Assembly (NCBI GenBank): GCA_002269645.1
Contig: NIVC01001941.1
Span: forward strand, 1 to 64,000
Length of the DNA stretch: 64,000 nucleotides
Origin: Macrostomum lignano
Lineage: Eukaryota
Direction of reading: 5' to 3'
Below the pieces are notes generated by a model that had not been told where the DNA came from, searched no databases, and saw nothing but the letters and a program-made list of their open reading frames with translations. The translations under genes were made by a program, and so were the position numbers. Of this stretch, positions 1-13,190 are shown one piece after another. Position 1 is the stretch's first letter. Each line of letters starts with the position of its first letter.

Positions 1-134
1 ACTAGCAATCTTCGCCCCCGTTGGGGGACATCTGTATAGAATCTCTGTCTCTACAAGTAACAAAAATATAGCCAAAAAAGCCTCACAAAGAAAACAGACA
101 AAATACTCAAAGGAAGTCAATGCAGAAAGAAATC

Positions 135-515
135 ATCCCAAGACAGCAAGCATCCCCCAGATAGCAAGCATCCTCTAGATTGCAAGCAACCCTTGATAGC
201 AAGCATCCCCAGATAGCAAGCATCCCCCAGATAGCAAGCATCTCCCCAGATAGCAAGCATCCTCCAGATAGCAAGCATCCCCCAGATAGCAAGCATCCCC
301 AGATAGCAAGCATCCCCAGATAGCAAGCATCCCCAGATAGCAAGCATCGCCTAGATAGCAAGCATCCCTCAGATAGCAAAGCATCCCCAGATAGCAAGCA
401 TCCCCCAGATAGCAAGCATCCCACCAGATAGCAGGCATCCCCAGATAGCAAGCATCCCCCAGATAGCAAGCATCCCCAGATAGCAAGCATCCCCCAGATA
501 GCAAGCATCCACCAG
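135..515. repeat. ~18-19-bp minisatellite (CCCCAGATAGCAAGCAT)n
   Basis: About 20 degenerate tandem copies; the same family recurs at 4180-4680. Confidence 0.95.
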
Positions 516-604
516 ACAATAAGTAGCTAGTGCGACAATTTCCTTAGCATTATAGTGGCTCCTTTAAAATTCGCTTACTTTTACGTTTGAAATTGTGTAA
601 ATTT

Positions 605-3345
605 TATGTTTGACATGGTGGCTCTTTATGTTCTACATGGCAACTCTTTTATGTTTGAAACAATGGCTTTTTTAATGTCTGACATGGTGGCTCTTTTATG
701 TTTTTCATGGTGGCTGTTTTATGTTTGACATGGTGGCTCTTTATTGTTTGACATGGTGGCTCTTTAATGTTTAACCTGGTGGCACTTTTATGTTTGACAC
801 AGTGGCTCTTTAATGTTCGACAAAGTGGCTATTTAATGTTTTGACAAGGTGGCTTTTAAATGTTTTGACATGGTGGCTCTTTAATGTTCGAAATGGTGGC
901 TCTTTAATGTTTACATAAAGACACATATATGTTTGACATGGTGGCTCTTAAATGTTTGACAATGGTGGCTGTTTAATGTTCGACATGGTGGCTCTTTAAT
1001 GTTCTAAATGGTGGCTCTTTAATGTTTGACATGGTAGCTCTTTTATGTTCGACATGGTGGCTCTTTTAGTTTGACATGGTGGCTCTTTAGGTTTGACATG
1101 GTGGCTCTTAAATGTTCGACATGGTGGCTCTTAAATATTTGAGCATGGTGGCTCTTTTAGGTTTGACATGGTGGCTCTTAAATGTTCGACATGGTGGCTC
1201 TTAAATATTTGACATAGTGGCTCTTAAATATTTGACATGGTGGCTCTTTAATGTTTCAAATGATGGCTCTCTAATGTTTTACATGGTGGCTCTTAAATGT
1301 TTGACATGGTAGCTCTTTTATGTTGACATGGTGGTTCTTTTAGGTTTGACATGGTGGCTGGTTAATGTTCGGTATAATGGCCCCCCTTAATGTTCAACGT
1401 AGTGGCTCTTTAATATTCTACATGGTGGCTCTTTTATGTTTAACATGGTGGCTCTTTAATGTTCGAAATGGTGGCTCTTTTGTTTTACATGGTGGCTCTT
1501 TAATGTTTGACATGGTGGCTCTTTAATGTTTGACATAAAGTCCCTTATATGTTCGACATGGTGGCTCTTTATGTTTGACATATTGGCTCTTTTAATGATT
1601 GACATGTTGGCTCTTGTATGTTTGACATGGTGGCTCTTAATGTTTGACATGGTGGCTCTTTTTTGTTCTACATGGTAGCTCTTTAATGTTTGACATGGTG
1701 CTCTTTAATGTTTAACATGGTGACTTTTAATGTTTGACATAATGGCTCTTTAATGTTCGACATGGTGGCTCTTTAATATTCGACATGGTGGCTCTTAATG
1801 TTCGACATAGTGGCTCTTTAATGTTTGACATGGTGGCTCTTTAATGTTTTACATGGTGGCTCTTTTATGTTCGACATGGTGGCTCTTATATTGTTTGACA
1901 TGGTGGCTCTTTAATGTTTGACATGGTGGCTCTTTTTGTTCTATTTTGGCTCTTAAATTTTCGACATGGTGGCTCTTTAATGTTTAACATGGTGACTTTT
2001 AATGTTTGACATAATGGCTCTTTAATGTTCGACATGGTGGCTCTTTAATATTCGACATGGTGGCTCTTTAATGTTTCGACATAGTGGCTCTTTAATGTTT
2101 GACATGGTGGCTCTTTAATGTTTTACATGGTGGCTCTTTATGTTGACATGGTGGCTCTTTATTGTTTTGACATGGTAGCTCTGTTATGTTTGACATGGTG
2201 GCTCTTTAATGTTTGACATGGTGGCTCTTTTATGTTCGACATGATGGCTCTTTAATGTTTGACATAAAGTCACATATATGTTTGACATGGTGGCTCTTTT
2301 TTGTTCTACACGGTAGCTAACTCTTTTATATTTGATACGGTGGCTTTTTTAATGTCTGACATGTTGGCTCTTTTATGTTTGACATGGTGGCTCTTTAATG
2401 TTCGACAAAGTGGCTCCTAAATGTTTGACATAGTGGCTCTTTAATGTTCAAAATGTGGCTCCTAAATGTTTGACATAGTGGCTCTTTAATGTTCGAAATG
2501 GTGGCTCTTTAATGTACGACATAATGGCTAATTTTGAATGGCTTTTAATGTTGACATGGCTCTTTAATGTTCGACATGGTGGCTCTTCTAGGTTTGACAC
2601 GAAGGCTCTTAAATGCTTAACATGTTGGCTCTTTTATGTTTAACATGGTAGCTCTTTAATATTTTACATGGCGGCTACTTTATGTTCGACATGGTGGCTC
2701 TTTAATATTCTTCATGTTATAGCTCTTTCATGTTTGACAAGGTGGCTCTTTAATGTTCGAAATAGTGGCTCTTTAATGTTCGAAATGGTGGCTCTTTAAT
2801 GTTTGACATAAAGTCACATATATGTTTGACATGGTGGCTCTTTATGTTTGACATGTTGGCTCTTTTATGATTGACATGTTGGCTCTTTTATGTTTGACAT
2901 GGTGGCTCTTTAATGTTTGACATGGTGGCTCTTTTTTGTTCTACACGGTAGCTAACTATTTTTATATTTGATACGGTGGCTTTTTAATGTCTGACATGTT
3001 GGCTCTTTTATGTTTGACATGGTGGCTCTTTAATGTTCGAAAAAGTGGCTCCTAAATGTTTGACATAGTGGCTTTTTGATGTTCGAAATAGTGGCTCTTT
3101 TATGGTCGACATGGTGGCTCTTTAATGTTCGAAATGGTGGCTCTTTAATGTTCGAAATGGTGGCTCTTTTATGTTTGACATAAAGTCACTTATATGTTTT
3201 ACATGGTGGCTCTTAAATGTTTGACATGGTGGCTCTTTATGTTTGACATGTTGGCTCTTTTATGTTTGACATGGTGGCTCTTTTATGTTCGATATGTTGG
3301 CTCTCTAATGTTCGACATGGTGGCTCTTCTATGTTTGACATTGCG
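605..3345. repeat. ~23-bp satellite (TTTGACATGGTGGCTCTTTAATG)n
   Basis: More than 100 degenerate tandem copies read directly from the sequence. Confidence 0.95.
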
Positions 3346-4179
3346 CTTCTTTTATGTTTAGCAGTTTTGTTTTTAAGGTGTTTTAATAAAAAAAATCTTT
3401 TTTGCACCACTAAGATTCGAACCCAGGTCGCTACATTAGCATTCCAGTCTGTTCGCATCAAGGCTATCTTTTTTAATTGGAGAACATGAATTGTGGCCCT
3501 TATAATTCAATTCTTACAGCAAGTCAATTGGAGTAAAAAGTTATGACATAATCAATTTCTCAGTCAGCCAGAATCAGTCTCAATTTAAGTTGGCAATATT
3601 GTTACGCAATTTCAATCAAGTTGTGTGTGCATTTCTTTGGCACTGTTTTCAACTTGTTGTGATGCAATCTTTATCAGAATTGAAATTCAGTCAGTCAGTT
3701 TTTTCTCTAGCATTCTTACAATGCATTTCAGATCGAAAGAGCCGCTTGACCTTTGCAAAAAAGCCTGTTTTTCGAATATTTAATCCCTTTAATATTGAGC
3801 AATTTCTTAGCCAAGATGCATGTACCGTGCCAGGAAAATTTCTGATCAAATAGTGCAAGTTTGAAGAAAATCTGTTGAGCCAATTTTTCTGAAATCTATC
3901 GCATACCGACAGACAACTCATTTTTAGTATATAGGAAGCAATCTAGTGCGGCCGCCCTTCGGGGCGCCCAATAAGAAAGGAGCAAAAATAGTTCATGGAA
4001 AACAATAAAAAAACACATTTTCTTAAACACTAATTCCTTCTTCACATTTTAAAAATCACCTTATTCGTGTAAAATTGTCACGGACTAAGATGTTTGCAAA
4101 ATTAAAAAATCACTTTTTCTCTAAAATTAACAAACAGTCAACAAAATATCGTTTCCCTAAATAGAAAATATTCCCAAGA

Positions 4180-4680
4180 CAGCAAGCAACCCCCTCCAAA
4201 AGTGAACAATCGCAGATAGCAAGCATCCTCTAATGCTCATAGCAAGAATCACCACAGATAGCAAGCATCTGCAGATTAGCAAGCACCCCCCAGATATTAT
4301 AGAAGCATCCACCCAGATAGCAAGCATCCACCCAGATAGCAAGCATCCACCCAGATAGCAAGCATTCTGCAGATAGCAAGCATTCTGCAGATAGCAAGCA
4401 CCCCCAGATATTATAGAAGCATCCTGCAGATAGCAAGCACCCCCCAGATATTATAGAAGCATCCTGCAGATAGCAAGCACCCCCCAGATACTATAGAAGC
4501 ATCCTGCAGATAGCAAGCACCCCCCAGATATTATAGAAGCATCCACCCAGATAGCAAGCATCCTGCAGATAGCAAGAATCCCTGAATAGCAAGCATCCCT
4601 GGATAGAAAGAATCCCATGCATGTAGCCAGTACCCCCTCTCCCAAATAGCAAGTATCCCCCTCGAGAGCAAGCATCCACG
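4180..4680. repeat. GATAGCAAGCATCC-family minisatellite
   Basis: Same core as 135-515, with longer variant units. Confidence 0.9.
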
Positions 4681-4811
4681 AGACAGAAAGTAGCTAGTGC
4701 AAATGTTACTTCCGCTAATGCAATAATCGCTTTCTCAGGTTGTGCAACAATCCACGTCTCAGCGAGTGCAATAATCTCTTTTTTAGACAGCGCAGTAATC
4801 AGCTTCTCAGC

Positions 4812-7555
4812 TAGTGCAATAATCCTTGGTTTATTAATAGCAATAATCCTTGATTAATCAAGTGCAATAATCCTTGGTTTATCAAGTGCAATAATCCTTG
4901 GTTTATCAAGCGCAGTAATCCTTGGCCTATCAAGTGCAATAATCCTTGGCTTATCAAGTGCAATAATCCTTGGTTTATCAAGTGCAATAATCCTTGGTTT
5001 ATCAAGTGCAGTAATCCTTGGCCTATCAAGTGCAATAATCCTTGGTTTGCCAAGAGCAATAATCCTTAGTTTATCGAGTGCAGTAATCCTTAGTTTTCCA
5101 AGTGCAGTAATCCTTGGTTTATTAAGAGCAATAATCCTTGGCTTATCGAGTGCAGTAATCCTTGGTTTGCCAAGAGCAATAATCCTTGGTTTATCAAGTG
5201 CAATAATCCTTGGTTTATCAAGTGCAATAATCCTTGGTTTATCAAGTGCAATAATCCTTGGTTTATCAGATGCAATAATCCTTGGCTTATCAACTGCAAT
5301 AATCCTTGGTTTATCAAGTGCAATAATCCTTGGCTTATCAAGTGCAATAATCCTTGGTTTATCAAGCGCAGTAATCTTTGGCCTATCAAGTGCAATAATC
5401 CTTGGTTTATCAAGTGCAATAATCCTTGGTTTATCAAGTGCAATAATCTTTGGTTCATCAGATGCAATAATCCTTGGCTTATCAACTGCAATAATCCTTG
5501 GTTTATCAAGTGCAATAATCCTTGGCTTATCAAGTGCAATAATCCTTGGTTTATCAAGTGCAATAATCCTTGGTTTATCAAGCGCAGTAATCTTTGGCCT
5601 ATCAAGTGCAATAATCCTTGGTTTATCAAGTGCAGTAATCCTTGGCCTATCAAGTGCAATAATCCTTGGTTTATCAAGTGCAATAGTCTTTGGTTTATCG
5701 AGTGCAGTAATCCTTAGTTTTCCAAGTGCAGTAATCCTTGGTTTATTAAGAGCAATAATCCTTGGTTTATCGAGTGCAGTAGTCCTTGGTTTATTAATAT
5801 CAATAATCCTTGAATAATCCAGTGCATTAATCCTTGGCTTATCAAGTGCATTAATCCTTGGCTTATCAAGTGCAACATTCTTTACTATCAAGTGCAATAA
5901 TCCATGGCTTATCAAGTGCAATAATCCTTGGCTTATCAAGTGCAATAATCCTTGGTTTATCAAGTGCAATAATCCTTGGTTTATCAAGTGCAATAATCCA
6001 TGGCTTATCAAGTGCAATAATCCTTGGCTTATCAAGTGCAATAATCCTTGGTTTATCAAGTGCAATAATCCTTTGTTTATCAAGTGCAATAATCCTTTGT
6101 TTATCAAGTGCAATAATCCTTTGTTTATCAAGTGCAATAATCCTTGGTTTATCAAGCGCAGTAATCCTTGGCTTATCAAGTGCAATAATCCTTGGTTTAT
6201 CAAGTGCAATAATCCTTGGTTTATCAAGCGCAGTAATCTTTGGCCTATCAAGTGCAATAGTCCTTGGTTTATCGAGTGCAGTAATCCTTGGTTTTCCAAG
6301 TGCAATAATCCTTGGCTTCTTGAGTGCAGTAATCCTTGGTTTGCCAAGAGCAATAGTCCTTGGTTTATCGAGTGCAGTAATCCTTGGTTTTCCAAGTGCA
6401 GTAATCCTTGGTTTATTAATAGCAATAATCTTTGGTTCATCAGATGCAATAATCCTTGGCTTATCAACTGCAATAATCCTTGGTTTATCAAGTGCAATAA
6501 TCCTTGGCTTATCAAGTGCAATAATCCTTGGTTTATCAAGTGCAATAATCCTTGGTTTATCAAGCGCAGTAATCTTTGGCCTATCAAGTGCAATAATCCT
6601 TGGTTTATCAAGTGCAATAGTCTTTGGTTTATCGAGTGCAGTAATCCTTAGTTTTCCAAGTGCAGTAATCCTTGGTTTATTAAGAGCAATAATCCTTGGT
6701 TTATCGAGTGCAGTAGTCCTTGGTTTATTAATATCAATAATCCTTGAATAATCCAGTGCATTAATCCTTGGCTTATCAAGTGCAACATTCTTTACTATCA
6801 AGTGCAATAATCCATGGCTTATCAAGTGCAATAATCCTTGGCTTATCAAGTGCAATAATCCTTGGTTTATCAAGTGCAATAATCCTTTGTTTATCAAGTG
6901 CAATAATCCTTTGTTTATCAAGTGCAATAATCCTTTGTTTATCAAGTGCAATAATCCTTGGTTTATCAAGCGCAGTAATCCTTGGCTTATCAAGTGCAAT
7001 AATCCTTGGTTTATCAAGTGCAATAATCCTTGGTTTATCAAGCGCAGTAATCTTTGGCCTATCAAGTGCAATAGTCCTTGGTTTATCGAGTGCAGTAATC
7101 CTTGGTTTTCCAAGTGCAATAATCCTTGGCTTCTTGAGTGCAGTAATCCTTGGTTTGCCAAGAGCAATAGTCCTTGGTTTATCGAGTGCAGTAATCCTTG
7201 GTTTATTAATAGCAATAATCCTTGGCTTCTTGAGTGCAGTAATCCTTGGTTTGCCAAGAGCAATAGTCCTTGGTTTATCGAGTGCAGTAATCCTTGGTTT
7301 TCCAAGTGCAATAATTCTTGGCTTCTTGAGTGCAGTAATCCTTGGTTTGCCAAGAGCAATAGTCCTTGGTTTATCGAGTGCAGTAATCCTTGGTTTTCCA
7401 AGTGCAGTAATCCTTGGTTTATTAATAGCAATAATCCTTGGCTTCTTGAGTGCAGTAATCCTTGGTTTGCCAAGAGCAATAGTCCTTGGTTTATCGAGTG
7501 CAGTAGTCCTTGGTTTATTAATAGCAATAATCCTTGGCTTATCGAGTGCAGTAAT
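4812..7555. repeat. 24-bp satellite (AGTGCAATAATCCTTGGTTTATCA)n with a ~910-bp higher-order duplication
   Basis: About 110 tandem units. The blocks starting near 5858 and 6768 are near-identical, with the same ORF start MAYQVQHS at an offset of 910 bp. Confidence 0.95.
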
Positions 7556-8465
7556 CTAAGTGTTTTTATTTAGTCCTTTAATAAAACCTTTTAATAAAAA
7601 ATTTTACACTACTACTTTTAAACTACTTAGATTCGAACCTAGGTCGCTGCATTAGCAGTCTGGTCTGTTCAGCTCTAGGCTAGCTCTCATCGAAGTTATC
7701 AGTGATGTTGTACCACTTATATAATTCAACACTCACACCAAGTCAGGTAGAGTAAAAAGTCTCACGAAGCAGTTATGACATAATCAATTTCTTGGGCAAG
7801 TCAGTACCAGTGTCTATGAAAGTTTACAATATGGTTACGTAATATAAATTCAGTACTGCGCTATGCTTTCACACTCAAAGCTGTGACGCAATTCAATTCA
7901 GTGTCAAAATTCAGCCAGTACACAGACGATAAATAAAGTGTATTGTGATGCAATCTATTTCAGAATCAGAATTCAACCAGTCAGTTTTTTTCTGCTAGCA
8001 TTCTTACGATGCATTTCAAGTCGAAAGAGCTGCTTGACCTTTGCAAAAAAGCATGTTTTTCGAATATTTAATCCCTTTAGCATCAAGCAATTTCTTAGCC
8101 ACGATGCATGTACTGTCACGGGAAAATTTCTGATCGAACAGTGCAAGTTCGAAGAAAATCGGTTGAGCCATTTTTGCTAAAATCGATCACACACACACAC
8201 ATACACACACACACACATACCGACAGACCATTTTTAGTATATGGACTAGCAATCTACGCCCCCCGTTGGGGAGCCAAAGAAATGCAATACACGTTTTTTT
8301 AATAAGCTACATGTATCCTTGAAATCTTAAAAAATCTCCTGTCAAACCTTGTAAGCCTTGACATGTCAGTAATTCCCCCCCCCACAAGCTTTAACTTATC
8401 AACTTCCCCCCTTGACATCACAGCAATGCCCCCAAAAAGCCTTGGAAATCTAAAAACTGTCAACC

Positions 8466-8536
8466 TTCTAACCCTAACCCTAGCCTAACCCTAACCCTAA
8501 CCCTAGCCCTAACCCTAACCCTAACCCTAACCTAAC
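8466..8536. repeat. Interstitial telomere-like (CCCTAA)n tract
   Basis: About 11 units of aaccct with variants; TTAGGG on the minus strand. Confidence 0.85.
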
Positions 8537-9344
8537 ATTGAAATTTCAGTAATTCTCTCTAAGAGTCATTATAGCACTATTACAGCATTATAGCGATTCC
8601 CTGCAAGCCTCGACATCGTAGGGATTCCCAAATGAATCTCTTAACTTCGACATGAAGCTTCTTTTATTTTTTACATTACGCTTTTTTTATCAGCGATCCC
8701 TCCCCTGAGGAGGCATCAAATAATGTAATAAAAAGTTTTCAATAAACTACATGTAGCTTCTGACTTTAGCCTTGAAATCTCATTTATACCCCCGTGAGCC
8801 TTGACATCTCAGCTATTCCCCCCGTAAGCCTTAACATGTCAGCGATGGCCCCATAAACCTTGAAATCTAAAAAATCTTCTGTTATTCTGTTAACCTTGAA
8901 ACCCGATAAAATATAACCCTCAACCCACACCTGACCTAAACCTAACTTTAACCCAACCTAAAGCCTTGAAATCTCAGCAATTCTTCTCCCCTAAGCCTTG
9001 AAATTTTAGTGATTCCTTCTTTAAGAATCACAGCACTATAACGATTTCCACCAAGCTTTGACATCGTAGCAATTCCCAAATGAATCTTTTAACTTCGACA
9101 TGACTTTTCCTTTATGTATACATAGTGCTACTTTTATTTTTTACATGACTCTTCTTCTATCAGCGACCCCCCCCCGTGGCGAGCCAACAAAGAATGCAAT
9201 AAAAAAATTGAGTAAAGTACATGAACTTTGAAGTAGCTTCTGACTTTTGCTTTGACATCTCAGAACCCCCCCCGTAATGTCAGTTATTCTCTGAGAGCCT
9301 TTACGTCTCAGTTTTTCTCCCCAGCACAGCATTATAGCTGCATT

Positions 9345-10610
9345 TAATTTTTACATGACACCCTTCATGTCTGACATGACGCTTCTTTTATTCTACCATG
9401 ATGCTTCTTAATTTTTAAATGACACTTTCATTAGTTTTTAAATGAGGCTTCAATGATTTTTTCTTGACGCTTCTATGATTTTTATATGACGCTTCTATGA
9501 TTGTTTACATGACGCTTCTATGATTTTTTACATGACGCTTCTATGATTGTTTACATGACGCTTTTATGATTGTTTACATGACGCTTCTATGATTGTTTAC
9601 ATGACGCTTTTATGATTTTTTACATGACGCTTCTATGATTTTTTACATGACGCTTCTATGATTTTTTAAATGACGCTTCCATGATTTTAAAATGACGCTT
9701 CTACGATTTTTCACATGACACTTCTATGATTGTTTACATGACGCTTCTATGATTGTTTACATAACGCTTCTATGATTTTTACATGACGCTTCTATAATTT
9801 TTTACATGACGCTTCTATGATTTTTACATGACGCTTCTATGATTTTTAAATGACGCTTATCTGATTTTTTACATGACGCTTCTATGATTTTTACATGACG
9901 CTTCTATGATTGTTTACATGACGCTTCTATGATATTTTACATGACGCTTCTACGATTTTTTTACATGACGCTTCTATGACTTTTTTAAATGACGCTTCTA
10001 TGATTGTTTACATGACGCTCCTATGATTTTTTAAATGACGCTTCTATGATTTTTACATGACGCTTCTATGATTGTTTACATGACGCTTCTATGATTTTTT
10101 AAATGACGCTTCTATGATTGTTATATGATGCTTCTACGATTTTTTACATGACGCTTCTATGATTTTTATATGACGCTTCTACGATTTTTTACATGACGCT
10201 TCTATGATTTTTTACATGACGCTTCTATGATTTTTTACATGGCATTTCTATGATTTTTTACATGACGCTTCTATGATTTTTACATGACGCTTCTATGATT
10301 GTTTACATGACGCTTCTATGATTGTTAACATGACGCTTCTATGATTTTTTACATGACGCTTCTATGATTGTTTACATGACGCTTCTCTGATTTTTTACAT
10401 GACGCTTCTCTGATTTTTTAAATGACGCTTCTATGATTTTTACATGACGCTTCTATGATTTTTTACATGATGCTTCTATGATTTTTTAAATGACGCTTCT
10501 ATGATTTTTACATGACGCTTCTATGATTTTTTAAATGATGCATCTATGATTTTTATATAACGCTACTATGATTTTTTATATGACGCTTCTATGATTTTTA
10601 CATGACGCTT
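9345..10610. repeat. ~22-23-bp satellite (ATGACGCTTCTATGATTTTTTAC)n
   Basis: About 55 tandem units. Confidence 0.95.
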
Positions 10611-11448
10611 CTTTTTAAAAAGTCTTTTAGTTTTCCTGACGTTGAAAAGCTTTAATTAAAAAAATTATACTCTATGAAAATTCGAACCATCGTCGCTGCA
10701 TTTAGCAGCTCAGTTTGTTCACCTCTAGGCTAGCTCTCATCGTTTTGATAACATCAAATTTTGCACTTATATAATTCAACACTTGAAAATCCAAGCATAG
10801 AGTAAATTACACGAAGCAGTTATGACATAATCAGTTTCTCAGTCAGTCAGTATCAGTTAACAATATGCATGGTTACGCAATTTAAATCAAGTCTGGTGCT
10901 ACGCTTCCACACTGCATTTTCAATTCAAGTCGGAGTTACAATTCAGTTATGATGCAATCTATTTCAGAATCAGAATTCAACCAGTCAGTTTTTTCTCTAG
11001 CATTCTTACAATGCATTTCAAGTCGAAAAGTTTGCTTGACCTTTGCAAAAAAGCATGTTTTTCGAATATTTAATGCCTTTAGCATCGAGCAATTTCTTAG
11101 CCACGATGCATGTACAGTCACGGGAAAATTTCTGATTGAACAGTGCAAGTTCGAACAAAATCGGTCCAGCCATTTTTTCTCTAATCGATCACATAGACAC
11201 AGACAGACCATTTTTAGTATATAGGACTAGCAATCTACGCCCCCCGTTGGGGAGCCAAAGAAATGCAATACACGTTTTTTTAATAAGCTACATGTATCCT
11301 TGAAATCTTAAAAAATCTCCTGTCAAACCTTGTAAGCCTCGACATGTCAGTAATTCCCCCCCACAAGCTTTAACATATCAACTTCCCCCTTGACATCTCA
11401 GCAATGCCCCCAATAAGCCTTGGAAATCTAAAAATATCTGTCAACCTT

Positions 11449-11510
11449 CTAACCCTAACCCTAGCCTAAGCCTAACCCTAACCCTAACCCTAACCCTAAC
11501 CTAACCCTAA
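11449..11510. repeat. Interstitial telomere-like (CCCTAA)n tract
   Basis: Copy of 8466-8536 within the duplicated element. Confidence 0.85.
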
Positions 11511-12339
11511 AGCATTTAAATTTCAGTAATTCTCTCTAAGAGTCATTATAGCACTACTACAGCATTATAGCGATTCCCTGCAAGCCTCGACATCGTAGGG
11601 ATTCCCAAATGAGTCTTTTAACTTCGACATGAAGCTTCTTTTATTTTTTACATTACGCTTTTTCTATCAGCGATCCCTCCCCAGAGGAGGCATCAAATAA
11701 TGTAATAAAAAGTTTTCAATAAACTACATGTAGCTTCTGACTTTAGCCTTGAAATCTCATTTATACCCCCGTGAACCTTGCCATCTCAGCTATTCCCCCG
11801 TAAGCCTTAACATGTCAGCGATGGCCCCATAAACCTTCTAATCTAAAAAATCCCCTGTTATTCTGTTAACCTTGAAACCCGCTAAAATATAACCCTCAAC
11901 CCACACCTGACCTAAACCTAACTTTAACCCAACCTAAAGCCTTGAAATCTCAGCAATTCTTCTCCCCTAAGCCTTGAAATTTTAGTGATTCCTTCTTTAA
12001 GAATCACAGCACTATAACGATTTCCACCAAGCTTTGACATCGTAGCAATTCCCAAATGAATCTTTTAACTTCGACATGACTTTTCTTTTATGTATACATA
12101 GTGCTACTTTTATTTTTTACATGACTCTTCTTCTATCAGCGCCCCCCCGTGGCGAGCCAACAAAGAATGCAATAAAAAATTGAGTAAAGTACATGAACTT
12201 TGAAGTAGCTTCTGACTTTTGCTTTGACATCTCAGAAACAACCCCCCCCCGTAATCTCAGTTATTCTCTGAGAGCCTTTACGTCTCAGTTTTTCTCCCCA
12301 GCACAGCATTATAGCTGCATTTAATTTTTACATGACACC

Positions 12340-13190
12340 CTTCATGTCTGACATGATGCTTCTTTTATTGTACCATGATGCTTCTTAATTTTTAAATGAC
12401 ACTTTCATTAGTTTTTAAATGAGGCTTCTATGATTTTTATATGACGCTTCTATGATTGTTTACATGACGCTTCTATGATTTTTACATGACGCTTCTATGA
12501 TTTTTACATGACGCTTCTATGATTGTTTACATGGCGCTTCTATGATTTTTTACATGACGCTTCTATGATTGTTTACATGACGCTTCTATGATTGTTTACA
12601 TGGCGCTTCTATGATTTTTTACATGACGCTTCTATGATTGTTTACATGACGCTTCTATGATTTTTTACATGACGCTTCTATGATTTTTTACATGACGCTT
12701 CTATGATTTTTTACATGACGCTTCTATGATTGTTTACATGACGCTTCTATGATTGTTTACATGACGCTTCTATGATTGTTTACATGGCGCTTCTATGATT
12801 TTTTACATGACGCTTCTATGATTTTTTACATGACGCTTCTATGATTTTTTCATGACGCTTCTATTATTGTTTACATGACGCTTCTATGATTGTTTACATG
12901 ACGCTTCTATGATTGTTTACATGACGCTTCTATGATTTTTTACATGACGCTTCTATGATTGTTTACATGACGCTTCTATGATTGTTTACATGGCGCTTCT
13001 ATGATTTTTTACATGACGCTTCTATGATTGTTTACATGACGCTTCTATGATTTTTTACATGACGCTTCTATGATTGTTTACATGACGCTTCTATGATTTT
13101 TTACATGACGCTTCTATGATTTTGTAAATGACGCATCTATGATTTTTTATATGACGCTTTTTTCTGATATTTTACATGATGCTTCTTTTT
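12340..13190. repeat. ATGACGCTTCTATGATT satellite
   Basis: Same unit as 9345-10610, shorter array. Confidence 0.95.

Larger units (their letters stand above)
2..3936 (-). mobile_element. Non-autonomous Helitron-like element (E4) with two internal satellite arrays
   Basis: Minus strand starts TCCTATATACTAAAAA at 3936 and ends with a CCCCC-AAC-GGGGG hairpin, about 10 nt, then CTAG (plus 2-30 actagcaatcttcgcccccgttggggga). The ~550-bp 5' block (3380-3936) recurs at about 7600-8245, 10640-11226 and 13210-13800. Confidence 0.7.
3937..8245 (-). mobile_element. Non-autonomous Helitron-like element (E3)
   Basis: Minus 5' end TCCATATACTAAAAA at 8245. 3' hairpin CGCCC-TTCG-GGGCG at 3953-3966 (plus), followed by a CTAG end shortened by 2 nt and abutting the 5' end of E4. 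Confidence 0.65.
8246..11226 (-). mobile_element. Non-autonomous Helitron-like element (E2)
   Basis: Minus 5' TCCTATATACTAAAAA at 11226; 3' hairpin plus CTAG at 8246-8272. Near-identical to 11227-13800 except for satellite length. Confidence 0.75.

Noticed and set aside
4811-7573. Long ORFs on both strands (LDKPRIIA, INQGLLHL and LSSAIILG repeats, up to 587 aa)
   Set aside because: Translations of a 24-bp satellite that lacks stops in several frames; no unique domain or gene context.
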